A stretch of 64,000 nucleotides of DNA from Haliotis rufescens (Eukaryota). Shown piece by piece: positions 25,325 through 36,005 of the stretch. Below the pieces are notes generated by a model, which was given only the letters and a program-made list of their open reading frames with translations, did no database searches and had not been told where the DNA came from. Made by a program: the position numbers and the translations under genes. Within the stretch, counting starts at the first letter, position 1. Each line of letters begins with the position of its first letter. The stretch lies in the NCBI RefSeq assembly GCF_023055435.1, contig NW_025964001.1:21328001-21392000 (forward strand), read 5' to 3'.

Positions 25325-26390
25325 TTCACTTCAGTGTTCGATCCAATCGCTTCCTATCTCCTCTGATCCTGAAAGCCAAGCTGATATTCCAAGATGAAAG
25401 TGGACTTCAGAAAGGCTGGGATATTCTTCTGGAACCTGTGAATCTCTTGAGATGGAGACCATGGCTATCAGAGTTGTCATCATTTCAGAGACTTGCTATA
25501 CCAAGATGTGTTGTGCCTGATGACAATGTGATATCAGCAGAGCTACATCACTTTACTGATGCATCTTCAGCTGAATACGGTGCTGTTTTCAGTGTTCGAA
25601 ATACCTGCCTGCCCGACCGTCCAAGACGGGTTAATTTCAACTCGGGCTGCCAGATTTTCAAATCCCCCTGCCCGACGGTCGGGTTACATTTCATATGTAA
25701 AAATATTCTAAATATTTCCTGATGATAAGCATCATTTACAGGATGTATTCTAGGATATCAAATACAAATCTGACCTAAAAAGTGTTTGCTATTTCTTTTC
25801 TTGCATCACTTCATGTTCAATGAATTCGATTTAAAGTTTTAATTAAATTATCCTCAGAAACATATGATTATAGTGGGCAGGCAGGTTTTGGTCAGGGCTG
25901 GCAAGTATTTCAGCTAGCCAGTCCTGTGGTCTGGCTGAAAATTTTGGGAGTTTCATACCCTGCTGTTTTGTATCTGAGGATGACTGACATCAATGGACAG
26001 TTACACTGTGTGTTCCTCATCGGGAAATGAAGACTTGCTCCAATCAAAAGCATTACAATTCCATGACTGGAACTCAGTGCTGCAGTGCTAAGTGTGAAGC
26101 TGGGCCAGGTGCTATGTAAAGAGCTCAGGATCAACATTGACGAATCTACATTCTGGACAGATAGTATGATTGTCCAACATTATGTGAAGAATGACTCTGT
26201 CAGATATCAAACCTTTGTTGCTAAGAGAGTAGCCCAGATATAAGATGCTTCATCGCCAGAATCCTGGAGACATGTTGAATCACAAAACAATCCAGCAAAT
26301 CATGCTTCACATTGGAATACCGCAGAGGAGCTAATCAACAACAAACAGCGGTTCCAGGGTCAAAGTTTCCTGTTGCATGACAAGAGTGAA
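25325..26390 (+). pseudogene. BEL/Pao retrotransposon pol fragment (RT C-terminus/RNase H, Peptidase_A17 region)
   Basis: FLSPLILKAKLIFQ..GWD, ELHHFTDAS..YGAVLYLR, K*RLAPIKSITIP*LELSAA, FWTDSMIV, FVAKRV, WRHVESQNNPA; contains stops. Confidence 0.85.
25590..25962. mobile_element. MITE (hAT/P-like) inserted in the BEL fragment
   Basis: Termini CAGTGTTCGAAA / TTTCATACCCTG and TSD CTGTTTT. Removing it restores the G-A-V-L-Y-L frame. Confidence 0.8.
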
Positions 26391-27134
26391 TGTTACTTCT
26401 ATTTTGACATTTGAATTTTTGGTATTTTAATTTTTTATTCAAAGAAATTCATTCACTTCAGTTTGGTATTATAAATATTCAACTTTTGTTCTTTTTACTA
26501 TATTTTCGGTATTTTTGTTATTTTTCCTGGTTAAACATCCCTGTCAAAATGCTCAGGGTATCTTCCTGATTTTAAAGTTACTTCCTGTCATTCAATACTG
26601 CATGTTCTCTAAAGAAGACATGTGTTGAAATCTGAAATATTCCAAGAAATCATGGAAGATTTTAAAAGGAATCACAAAGGATTTATTACTTATGGCGATG
26701 GAGTATTTGTAATTTTGTTTGTATATTTAAATGTACAAGGTATAATATTTTGGTATAAATTAGTGATTAGAACTAAATGCCTTTATGTCAGGCTTCGCAC
26801 AGTTGCTAATATTATTACAGCTAAATACCTTCATTCAGTGCGGCTACGTGCTGTTTTGCATGGTGCCATCATCTCTGGCCTAGATCCGCTCTTGGCACGT
26901 CCGGTATAGGAGCGTTTGTTTATATTTTCTATGACCTTTTGTAGCGTGACATCAGCTCACGTAGCACTTGTTCTCCAGCTTTCAGCCGTACAACACATAG
27001 TTCTATTCCCGCATTCATCTATAGTTTGTTGCAATTACCATTAAGAATGCCACCAAAAAGACGGGCCGCCTTAAATCACCGCCTCGTAAGGAGCGGGAAA
27101 ATATCCAGGGGGGAACCAAGTGTCCAGCAAGCGA

Positions 27135-29746
27135 CATCTGCTACTGGTAAATCACGGAGATCAGCCAGATCTCCATTGCACAGACCCCCTTGCCAAGTGT
27201 ACAAATAGCCGCTAATTTGCTAGTTGAAGCAGATGATTCGGACAATTCAAACGTTCTCCCACGAGTCGATCACGGAGACAATATCGAAGAGCCCCAACAA
27301 GTAGTGTCGCCCATTCCGTCGATGCTAGCTATATCGAGCCAACTCAACAACATACTGGATATGCTAGGCAAACGGATGGCCCATGATACTTCTCAGAGCT
27401 TTACTGGCATGCGAGGGGTAAGTACAAATGATCTGGGGGTAACGGGGACGGTGGTGCATTTTCACTATTACATTGATAATTTAAAGGTAAGTTTATTTTT
27501 TGTTAATTTGATTTATTTGTTATTGTTTTGTTTGTTTGTTTACACTTTTACTTATGAGTGTTATTGTTTATTTATTTTAGCTTGTACCGGTTCATCTGTG
27601 TACAGGATATGGAATAAAGTATTTACCACCCATATCATGTAAAAGATGGATCTGGACAAGAACATCAGCAACCAGTATCATGAAATTTGTTTGAAGTTGT
27701 TTTCAAACATCACAACACTTTTAGCTTTTGCGATGAAGTCATCGGATTTTGCGATACAGTTAGGCACAAGATTATAACCCTGTAAGTCAAAGAATATCTC
27801 GCAAAGGTACAAGAGTCTGGGATCATAAGGGCATCTTCAAGTCCTAATGCCTCGCCAGTGGTCCTTGTCGGCAAGAGTAATGGTAATCTGGTACGACTAC
27901 TGCGCTTTAAATGCGAAGACATGCAAAGATGACACGTAGCCTGGACCTGGCACATGGTTTAAACCATATTCCAGTTGCCGAGGGAGAAAGACTATTCTTT
28001 GGATAGGTACAAGCAGACTTTAGGAATAGCCCTTTGGACTGACCGGCGCACAGGCAACAATCAATGCTCAGGTGAAGGCAACGCGGTGCAGCCCTTCAGC
28101 TGTGGTAATACACCTGGGATCTAACGACTTGGGCTCCACAAAGACCAGCCAGCTCCTCCTCAATATGGAGACCTCGATCATGCGGATCCAGGCGCACCTA
28201 CCAGATACCCATGTCTGTTTTTCCGGCATCCTACAACGTAGATACTGGCACTCCGAACGCGACCCACGTAAGGTTAGCCAATCGTCTCCGCGACCTTCCT
28301 AAATTCTCATTTATCTCCCATCCCAAAATAGTGGCCACTGACCAATCCTGGTTCCAGTGGGAGGGAATCCACCTTAGTTTTAAAGGGATTCAAGTTTTCG
28401 TCAAGGATATCGATAATGCCTTGGTCCCATCGGCTACTGGTAAGTCACGGAGATCAGCTAGATCTCCATTGCATGGACCCCCTTGCCAAATGTACAAATA
28501 GCCGCTAATTTGCTAGTTGAAGCAGATGATTCGGACAATTCAAACGTTCTCCAGCGAGTCGATCACGGAGACAACATCGAAGAGCCCCAACAAGTAGTGT
28601 CGCCCGTTTTGGTCGATGCTAGCTATATCGAGCCAACTCAACAACATACTGGATATGCTAGGCTAACGGATGGCCCAAGATACTTCTCAGAGCTTTACTG
28701 GCATGCGAGGGGTAAGTACAAATGATCTGGGGGTAACGGGGACGGTGGTGTAATTTAAAGGTGCATTTTCACTATTACATTGATAATTTAAAGGTAAGTT
28801 TATTTTTTGTTAATTTGATTTATTTGTTATTGTTTTGTTTGTTTGTTTACACTTTTACTTATGAGTGTTATTGTTTATTTATTTTAGCTTGTACCGGTTC
28901 ATCTGTGTACAGGATATGGAATAATATATTTTGCCACCCATATCATGTAAAAGATGGATCTGGACAAGAACATCAGCAACCAGTATCATGAAATTTGCTT
29001 GAAGTTGTTTTCAAACATCACAACACTTTTAGCTTTTGCGATGAAGTCATCGGATTTTGCGATGCAGTTAGGCACAAGAATGTAACCCTGTAAGTCAAAG
29101 AATATCTCGCAAAGGTACAAGAGTCTGGGATCATAAGGGCATCTTCAAGTCCTAATGCCTCGCCAGTGGTCCTTGTCGGCAAGAGTAATGGTAATCTGGT
29201 ACGACGACTGCGCTTTAAAAGCGAAAACATGCAAAGATGACACGTAGCCTGGACCTGGCACATGGTTTAAACCATATTCCAGTTGCCGAGGGAGAAAGAC
29301 TATTCTTTGGATAGGTACAAGCAGACTTTAGGAATAGACAAGGAAGCCCTTTGGACTGACCGGCGCACAGGCAACAATCAATGCTCAGGTGGAGGCAACG
29401 CGGCGCAGCCCTTCAGCTGTGGTAATACACCTGGGATCTAACGACTTGGGCTCCACAAAGACCAGCCAGCTCCTCCTCAATATGGAGACCTCGATCATGC
29501 GGATCCAGGCGCACCTACCAGATACCCATGTCTGTTTTTCCAGCATCCTACAACGTAGATACTGGCACTCCGCACGCGACCCACGTAAGGTTAGCCAATC
29601 GTCTCCGCGACCTTCCTAAATTCTCATTTATCTCCCATCCCAAAATAGTGGCCACTGACCAATCCTGGTTCCAGTGGGAGGGAATCCACCTTAGTTTTAA
29701 AGGGATTCAAGCTTTCGTCAAGGATATCGATAGTGCCTTGGTCCCA
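27135..29746 (+). repeat. ~1.3-kb tandem duplication (27135-28427 / 28428-29746)
   Basis: Near-identical units with small indels; the ORF track repeats in parallel. Confidence 0.95.
28072..28430 (+). pseudogene. SGNH/GDSL hydrolase remnant (second copy 29389-29758)
   Basis: VVIHLGSNDLG (block III), VCFSGILQR, and frameshifted FQWEGIHLS..G (block V). Confidence 0.8.
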
Positions 29747-30551
29747 ATTTGCAAGTAGGTAATTATGAAGGTAAGACATCTTATTTATGAGGCAATCATG
29801 GCGGGCATGCGTATCATCATCCGCGGCCGTGGGGTGTGGGGTAGCACTTTGGTGCTAAGTGGCGTGGTTCTTCTGGGCTACCTCCTATATCATCATAATT
29901 TATATTGATATATATACTAATTAGGGTTTCCGGTTACCTGCTTTCCAGCGGGAACCCAGGCTGGGTTACCTTCTTACCATTTGGAACCCAGTCTTTCCCG
30001 GGTTTTCACTCGGGAATCTAGTAACATAGCTGGGCCTGGCGGCGTTCGCTCCCATTTAGACCCGCAGCGTTGGTCGGGTTGCGTCGTTTCCGTCATTTGG
30101 GCCGTAGCATTAAGTATATATTAATAATTAAATTTGGCCTGGCGGCGTTCGCTCCCATTTAGACCCGCAGCTGTGGTTGGGTAGTGACGTTTCTGCCATT
30201 TGGGCCTTAGCATTAATAATCTATTAACAAATAGCCGAAAAAAAGTAAGAGGATTTCTTGGATTGGCAGCTTACTATAGGAGGTTTGTGTGGGATTTCAC
30301 CACTATAGCTGCATCACTACATGCACTCCTGCAAGGCATAAACTTTAAAAGACATGGGAAGAGGAGAAAGTAAATAAACTTTAAGACTTGGGATCAGTGA
30401 ATGGGATGCCTCCTGCGACAAAGCCTTTTAGGAACTGAAAACCATTCTCACTTCAGCGCCTGACTTAGACTTTACGAGGCAATATATTTTGGAGGTGGAT
30501 GCCGGCTTTCTGGGATAGGAACTGCCCTTTCAAAAGAACAAGAACAAGGGA

Positions 30552-31100
30552 AAGTTTATGGCTTTACTTCAGATGGCGATCGCTAAGAAACTGACAGACA
30601 ACCACCTCACCTAAGTTTATGGCTTTACTTCAGGTGGCGATCGCTAAGAAACTGACAGACAACCACCTCACCTAAGTTTATGGCTTTACTTCAGATGGCG
30701 ATCGCTAAGAAACTGACAGACAACCACCTCATCTAAGTTTATGGCTTTACTTCAGGTGGCGATCGCTAAGAAACTGACAGACAACCACCTCACCTAAGTT
30801 TATGGCTTTACTTCAGGTGGCGATCGCTAAGAAACTGACAGACAACCACCTCACCTAAGTTTATGGCTTTACTTCAGGTGGCGATCGCTAAGAAACTGAC
30901 AGACAATCACCTCACCTAAGTTTATGGCTTTACTTCAGATGGCGATCGCTAAGAAACTGACAGACAACCACCTCACCTAAGTTTATGGCTTTACTTCAGA
31001 TGGCGATCGCTAAGAAACTGACAGACAACCACCTCACCTAGGTTTATGGCTTTACCTCAGATGGCGACCGCTAAGAAACTGACAGACAATCACCTCACCT
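30552..31100. repeat. 61-bp tandem repeat, ~9 units
   Basis: Unit AAGTTTATGGCTTTACTTCAG(A/G)TGGCGATCGCTAAGAAACTGACAGACAACCACCTCACCT. Confidence 0.95.
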
Positions 31101-31527
31101 GTGTCATCTGTACAGGTGTTCACAGATCCTGCCACACTTCAGTGTAATCAAACATTCTGTAACTCCTGTCTGCTGAAATAGACCAACACACAGTCTGATG
31201 CAATACAAGACAAGTCCATTCCATGTCCTTCTTGTAGACAACTGACGAAGGTGGCCGCCCCTGACGGTCCAGTAGAGGAGTGGGTCAGTCAGCTGAACAT
31301 TTACAGCAAGAAGTAGGAATTATTAGCACTCAAATGGGCTGTCTCAGAAAAATGAGCATTTCTAATTAAATGCGAAGACACACAAAGATGCCTATCCTCT
31401 GCCCAGGAATGAAGAAGAATTAGATCTATTGAAAGATGCAAAGGACTTTTGCAGCCTGGACCTGGCACATGGTTTCAACCATATTCCAGTTGCCAAGGGA
31501 GAAATTGATAGGAAATTGATACTTTTA

Positions 31528-31750
31528 TACGCTACACCTATAGCACTGTGTAGCACTAGGTAGCATCAGGTAAGGAAAAACATGAGAATGCAATGTATTT
31601 ATTCTTACCTGATGCTGCACAGTGCTACACAGTGCTATAGGTGTAGCGTCAGGTAAGGTAAAACATGAGCATGCAATGTATTTATTCTAACCTGACGCTG
31701 CACAGTGCTACACAGTGCTATAGGTATAGCATCAGGTAAGGTAAAACATA
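31528..31750. repeat. Foldback plus tandem (~84-bp) palindromic repeat
   Basis: Arm 31528-31574 is the inverted repeat of ~31604-31650, and the unit then repeats. Confidence 0.8.
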
Positions 31751-33659
31751 CAGAGATCTCTTGCTTGGAACAGAATGCCTGTTGCTGACAGACTATGACC
31801 CTCTCAGCTTACATACAAACAACTGCCAAGCTTGGAGATACAGAGATCAGATGGGTTGGAGAACTGGCACAATTTAACCTCACTATCCGTCATCGTTCTG
31901 GAAAACAAAACAAGAATAGAGACCCCTCAGCAGAAAAATACCTCCGCACAACTCCTGGGTGACTTAATGTCTTCTGCACAAATCATCACTGAAATGTGGG
32001 TAGGAGTATTCCAGACAATGATGAGAGAAGTTCCTATGATGGCCACTCACATGCCCTCACTGTCACTGGAGGATATATCCAAATTACAGATGGAGGAAAA
32101 CTACATTGGCAAAATTAGAAATTACCGGGACAAAGACTTAAAGCTATCTAAGCATCAACTTCTCAGAGAACACTCTGGGACATGGGGATTGGTCCAGTTC
32201 TGGAATCAGATAGCGGAGGGCAAAGATGTCCTGTATTGACAGATACAGGAAAAGGCAACAGTAGTCAAGCAGCTCTTACTACGCGATTGCTTGAAGACAA
32301 AGGTGTAGAAGTCAGTGCATGATGACCATGGACATCAGTGTTCTACTAGGACATTTTCCTCGTTGCACAGTAGGTGTATGTGGCCCTTTATGGCAAGAGA
32401 TTTAGTCAAATCTGAATATTTTGTACATTTGTATACCTATCCTGCATTTATTGCAGTTTTTTGACAGAAAGACGAACTGTGCGAGATCCAGCTGCTGAAG
32501 AAAAGTTGTTCCAACCAGAAGAAGAAGCACCCTTGCCAAGTTGGCATAAGACAAAAAGTTGTGACGTCACATCAAAACACATAACTGCTTTGTCATCTCC
32601 ACAGACGGACATACTTTGAAAATTAAAGCACTTTGTTCTATACTTTGTGTGTTTCTACATTCATCGTATGCTGCTATTTTGTTTATGGTTTGTTACCTTG
32701 GGGGTCTTCCCATTCATAATTGGTAATGTTTATCTCTTGTTTATGGCTCTAGTCACATTAATTTACAGGCGTATTGTTGTTTCCCGCCATTTTTTCAATT
32801 CACCAAGTGGCCACATACTTTCGTGGTTTCCTGTAATATGAAAATGTGTGCAGATATTATTGACACACTTACTTTCTTATCACCTGCCAACAAACAACAA
32901 CGTGTCACTTCTTTGAGCCACAACGAATGCCAGGATGACAGTAGCATCACAGTGTTCATCTAGTGCACACATAATATGAATAATGGGTTTTTCAGATTAA
33001 AAACAATGTTTTATTGGTCTGTTTTCAGTCATACTTTCCCACTCAGCCATCCCCACAGGGAAGTAATCCAGTCCAGTCCTGCTTGATGGCTTATTCTTCG
33101 AGATTTGTGACATATCATAGGCAGGTCCATGCGCAACTGGACAGAAACAAGTTTAATGTTTACATTCCAGCTTCTGGCTTCCTTTTAAACGTGCGACTAG
33201 ACGTGAGAGTATGAGAGATACCCATTTGTACGACTGAAAACAGACTAAAACTTATTTATTTTCTATTACATATGTATGTACTTGTTGAATGAATAAAGAT
33301 CTCCCTACACTACACTGAGTTATTAAATGTACATGTATTCATATATGACTTGGTTTTGACTGATTATAATGGCTTCCCTGGTTAATTTGCCACCCAGGTT
33401 ATAACACCCAAATCTTCCCGGACAAATGTTGATGTTATAGCCAGGGTAGATTGTACGTTGGTCAAGTACAGTATGGAGTTCCAAGGACAAAGAACTCACC
33501 ATAGGAGCAAGAGTCTTCCTCAGAAACCACCCCAAAGGCCGGAACAAGATTCAAGATGTATGGAGCCAAACATCATACAAAGTAGTGGTAAAGAAAATAC
33601 TCAATGAAAATGTCATTCAGCCACTACAAGGGGAGGAAGTCAGAAAACAATACACAGAA

Positions 33660-34180
33660 CATCTTCCCAAAGCAAGGGGTTAACTATACAAGTCCAGTTT
33701 CCATCCTTGCTGAACAAGGCTGGAATTATGGAGTAATATTTTGGCTGGACTAACAAATCTATGCAATCAAAATCATGTAACGAAATCGACATTTGGTTTG
33801 CAAACTGCAGTGCAGATTTCAGTCAATTGCAGGATTAGCTAAGCATGTGTAGGAAGTTGAGATATTTTTCAAATCTTTTTATGTTTTCAATCAAGGTTCT
33901 CCAGTAATTTGATGCACTTCGCAAGGTAAGACCCCTTTTATTACAATATAGATCTTGATTATTAATCAGATTGTATTGACTTGGCGGCACCATTTTGTTT
34001 GAAGAAAATGCAAGTGATATGAGAGGTGGAATCTGATTGGCCAGTAGGAGGGACATGAAAGGGATATAACTCGTAGTAGCCACTGTTGTTGCTACGAATT
34101 GCACAGAATTCCAACCCAGTTCGGCAAGGGTTTAAAACGGGACTTTTATAGTTACTTAACTTCCTTGCCTCAGGAAGATG
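33660..34180. mobile_element. TIR element with 9-bp TSD (family H2; AcademH- or MULE-like)
   Basis: Termini CATCTTCC...GGAAGATG and TSD TACACAGAA/TACACGGAA; interrupts the Gypsy integrase tail. Confidence 0.75.
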
Positions 34181-34266
34181 TACACGGAAAAGAGTTCCTG
34201 GATCACTAACGCCAGTGGATGACATCCACAGAGAACATGAACAGGAACGGTGTCAGTTAACTACCA

Positions 34267-34376
34267 GGGTGCCGTTGTACAAAACAACCTTAGCGCTACG
34301 GTTGTTGTAAGTCTATGTTATGTATGGGAGTTACGATCACCTTGGCACTAAGATCAGTTTGTACAACTGTGCCCTG
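34267..34376. mobile_element. Short PIF/Harbinger-like MITE
   Basis: GGGTGCCGTTGTACAAA ... TTTGTACAACTGTGCCC palindrome. Confidence 0.6.
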
Positions 34377-35189
34377 ATCACGTGGAGCTGAGCAGCGAAG
34401 AAGACAATGATGAAATTGAAAGTGAATATGATATACATATCTTTAGTAAAATCCTTGGTGTCGAAACAAACCAAGAGCGGGAAAGTGCAACAGAACACAG
34501 ATGATGTAGAGTCTGTGGGTCTGGATGAAGCTCCAGCTTTAGACGTTCTTGGTGAAGAGAGTGAGTGAGCGAGTGTGTGAGTATGGTTTTAAGCCGCTTT
34601 TAGCAATATTCCATCAATATCATGGCTGGGGATACCAGAAATGGCCTTCAAAAATTTTACCCATGTCGGGAATCAAACCCGGGTCTTCGACGTGACGAGC
34701 GAACGCTTTAACCACTAGGCTACCCGACCACTCCTCTTGGTGAAGAAGACACATCACCGGAACTTCAAGATGATAAAGAGTCTGAGAGTAATGCTTCATA
34801 TGAAGCAGGGGAGGAAAAGCGGCAGAAGCTTCTGAGTTGGAGACAACATGGAGATCCACCAGGACAACAGCTGGAAAACACCCAACCCTCTTAACTCACC
34901 AAGGTCACTTCTCCTGCTTATAGCAGCAGCACAACAAAGCAGTTGGATCCATCTCTGATCGCCAACATCACTAGGATACAGTTACTTCTGGTTCATCAGC
35001 TATCAGAGTCTGTCCAGAAGTGATGAAATCTGAGATGGAATTTCATTTGATGAACAGTGGTGCTCATAATTTACAGTTATAATCATACATTTTTCTATGT
35101 ACATATTTTGGGAAACATTATTGTATATGTTTCATGTTTACCATGAATTCGCATTGTATTGACGTTTTGTCAACATGTAAGCAGGGGAG

Positions 35190-35567
35190 TGTAGTAGCTG
35201 TCAGACGCCCACTTTTACTTATATTATCTTCAGCAGTTTCCATCTGTGTTTGAGAAAGTTTGTAAACATTCATGATTAAGAAGTATTTTTATACGTCACT
35301 TTACTGTAACCATGGTAACCATATCCTAATAAGATTGATTTATTTCCATTGTTTTACCTAGCCAGCCAGCTGAGCATGTTGTTACACCGCACAGCACATT
35401 GTACTTGTCCAGCTCTAACTAACTTTTAAACAATTACTTCTTACTAGGCAAAGAAGCCCATTCCGGTTGTCTACTGATGTAACCAAGGTAGTTGGGGTGT
35501 TCAGGTCTACTGTCTTCAATATCAATAAAATACACGGACCAGAGAACCTCTTTTTTCTGCTTTTACA
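35190..35567 (+). repeat. 3' LTR, preceded by PPT AAGCAGGGGAG (35179-35189)
   Basis: TG...CA with internal AATAAA; homologous to 23602-24042. Confidence 0.8.
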
Positions 35568-36005
35568 TGAAACTTTGCTCAATCAGAAGTCCCCGCAGTT
35601 CAACCCAAGTCTCTTAAAGACACTGTACCTGCCTGGTACCTCAAGTTTCATCTTGATCAATCTACCAGTAACATCTAGACATACAGACAGCAAATTGAGG
35701 GGCCTCATCTCCCGTTAATCTTTGATCACATTTTTCTCTACATAAGCACATAAGCACATATTCACATGATTTTACATGTATACATATTTACATGATTCTA
35801 CATATATACATATTTACATGATAGAAACCCTTTCTACTTGTCTCAGACATAACACAAACATGACTAGAATGATCCTAACTTATCAGTATAGCATTGTGCT
35901 TGGCAAGGAACGCACATACAATGCCTTAGATTTGACGTTTGGTGATGTATTTACAAATTGTTAATTGAAAACGGAAACTTGTTGACATCTCCCTGGTAGT
36001 CACTG

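Larger units (their letters stand above)
27048..30230 (+). mobile_element. Rearranged Ngaro/DIRS-like (tyrosine-recombinase retrotransposon) remnant
   Basis: Gag-like start MPPKRRAA; two SGNH hydrolase remnants; 3' direct repeat GGCCTGGCGGCGTTCGCTCCCATTTAGACCCGCAG at ~30033 and ~30136. No YR domain seen and the 5' boundary is uncertain. Confidence 0.55.
23602..35567 (+). mobile_element. Decayed Ty3/Gypsy LTR retrotransposon with multiple nested insertions
   Basis: Two related TG...CA LTRs, a PBS and a PPT. Pol remnants in Gypsy order: RT (VRGFLGLAAYYRRFV at ~30250), RNase H (YILEVDA ~30482; YRDLLLGTECLLLTD...RWVGELAQF ~31750) and integrase (VHDDHGHQ ~32315; RNKIQDVW ~33540). Possible TSD TCAA/TGAA. 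Confidence 0.8.
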
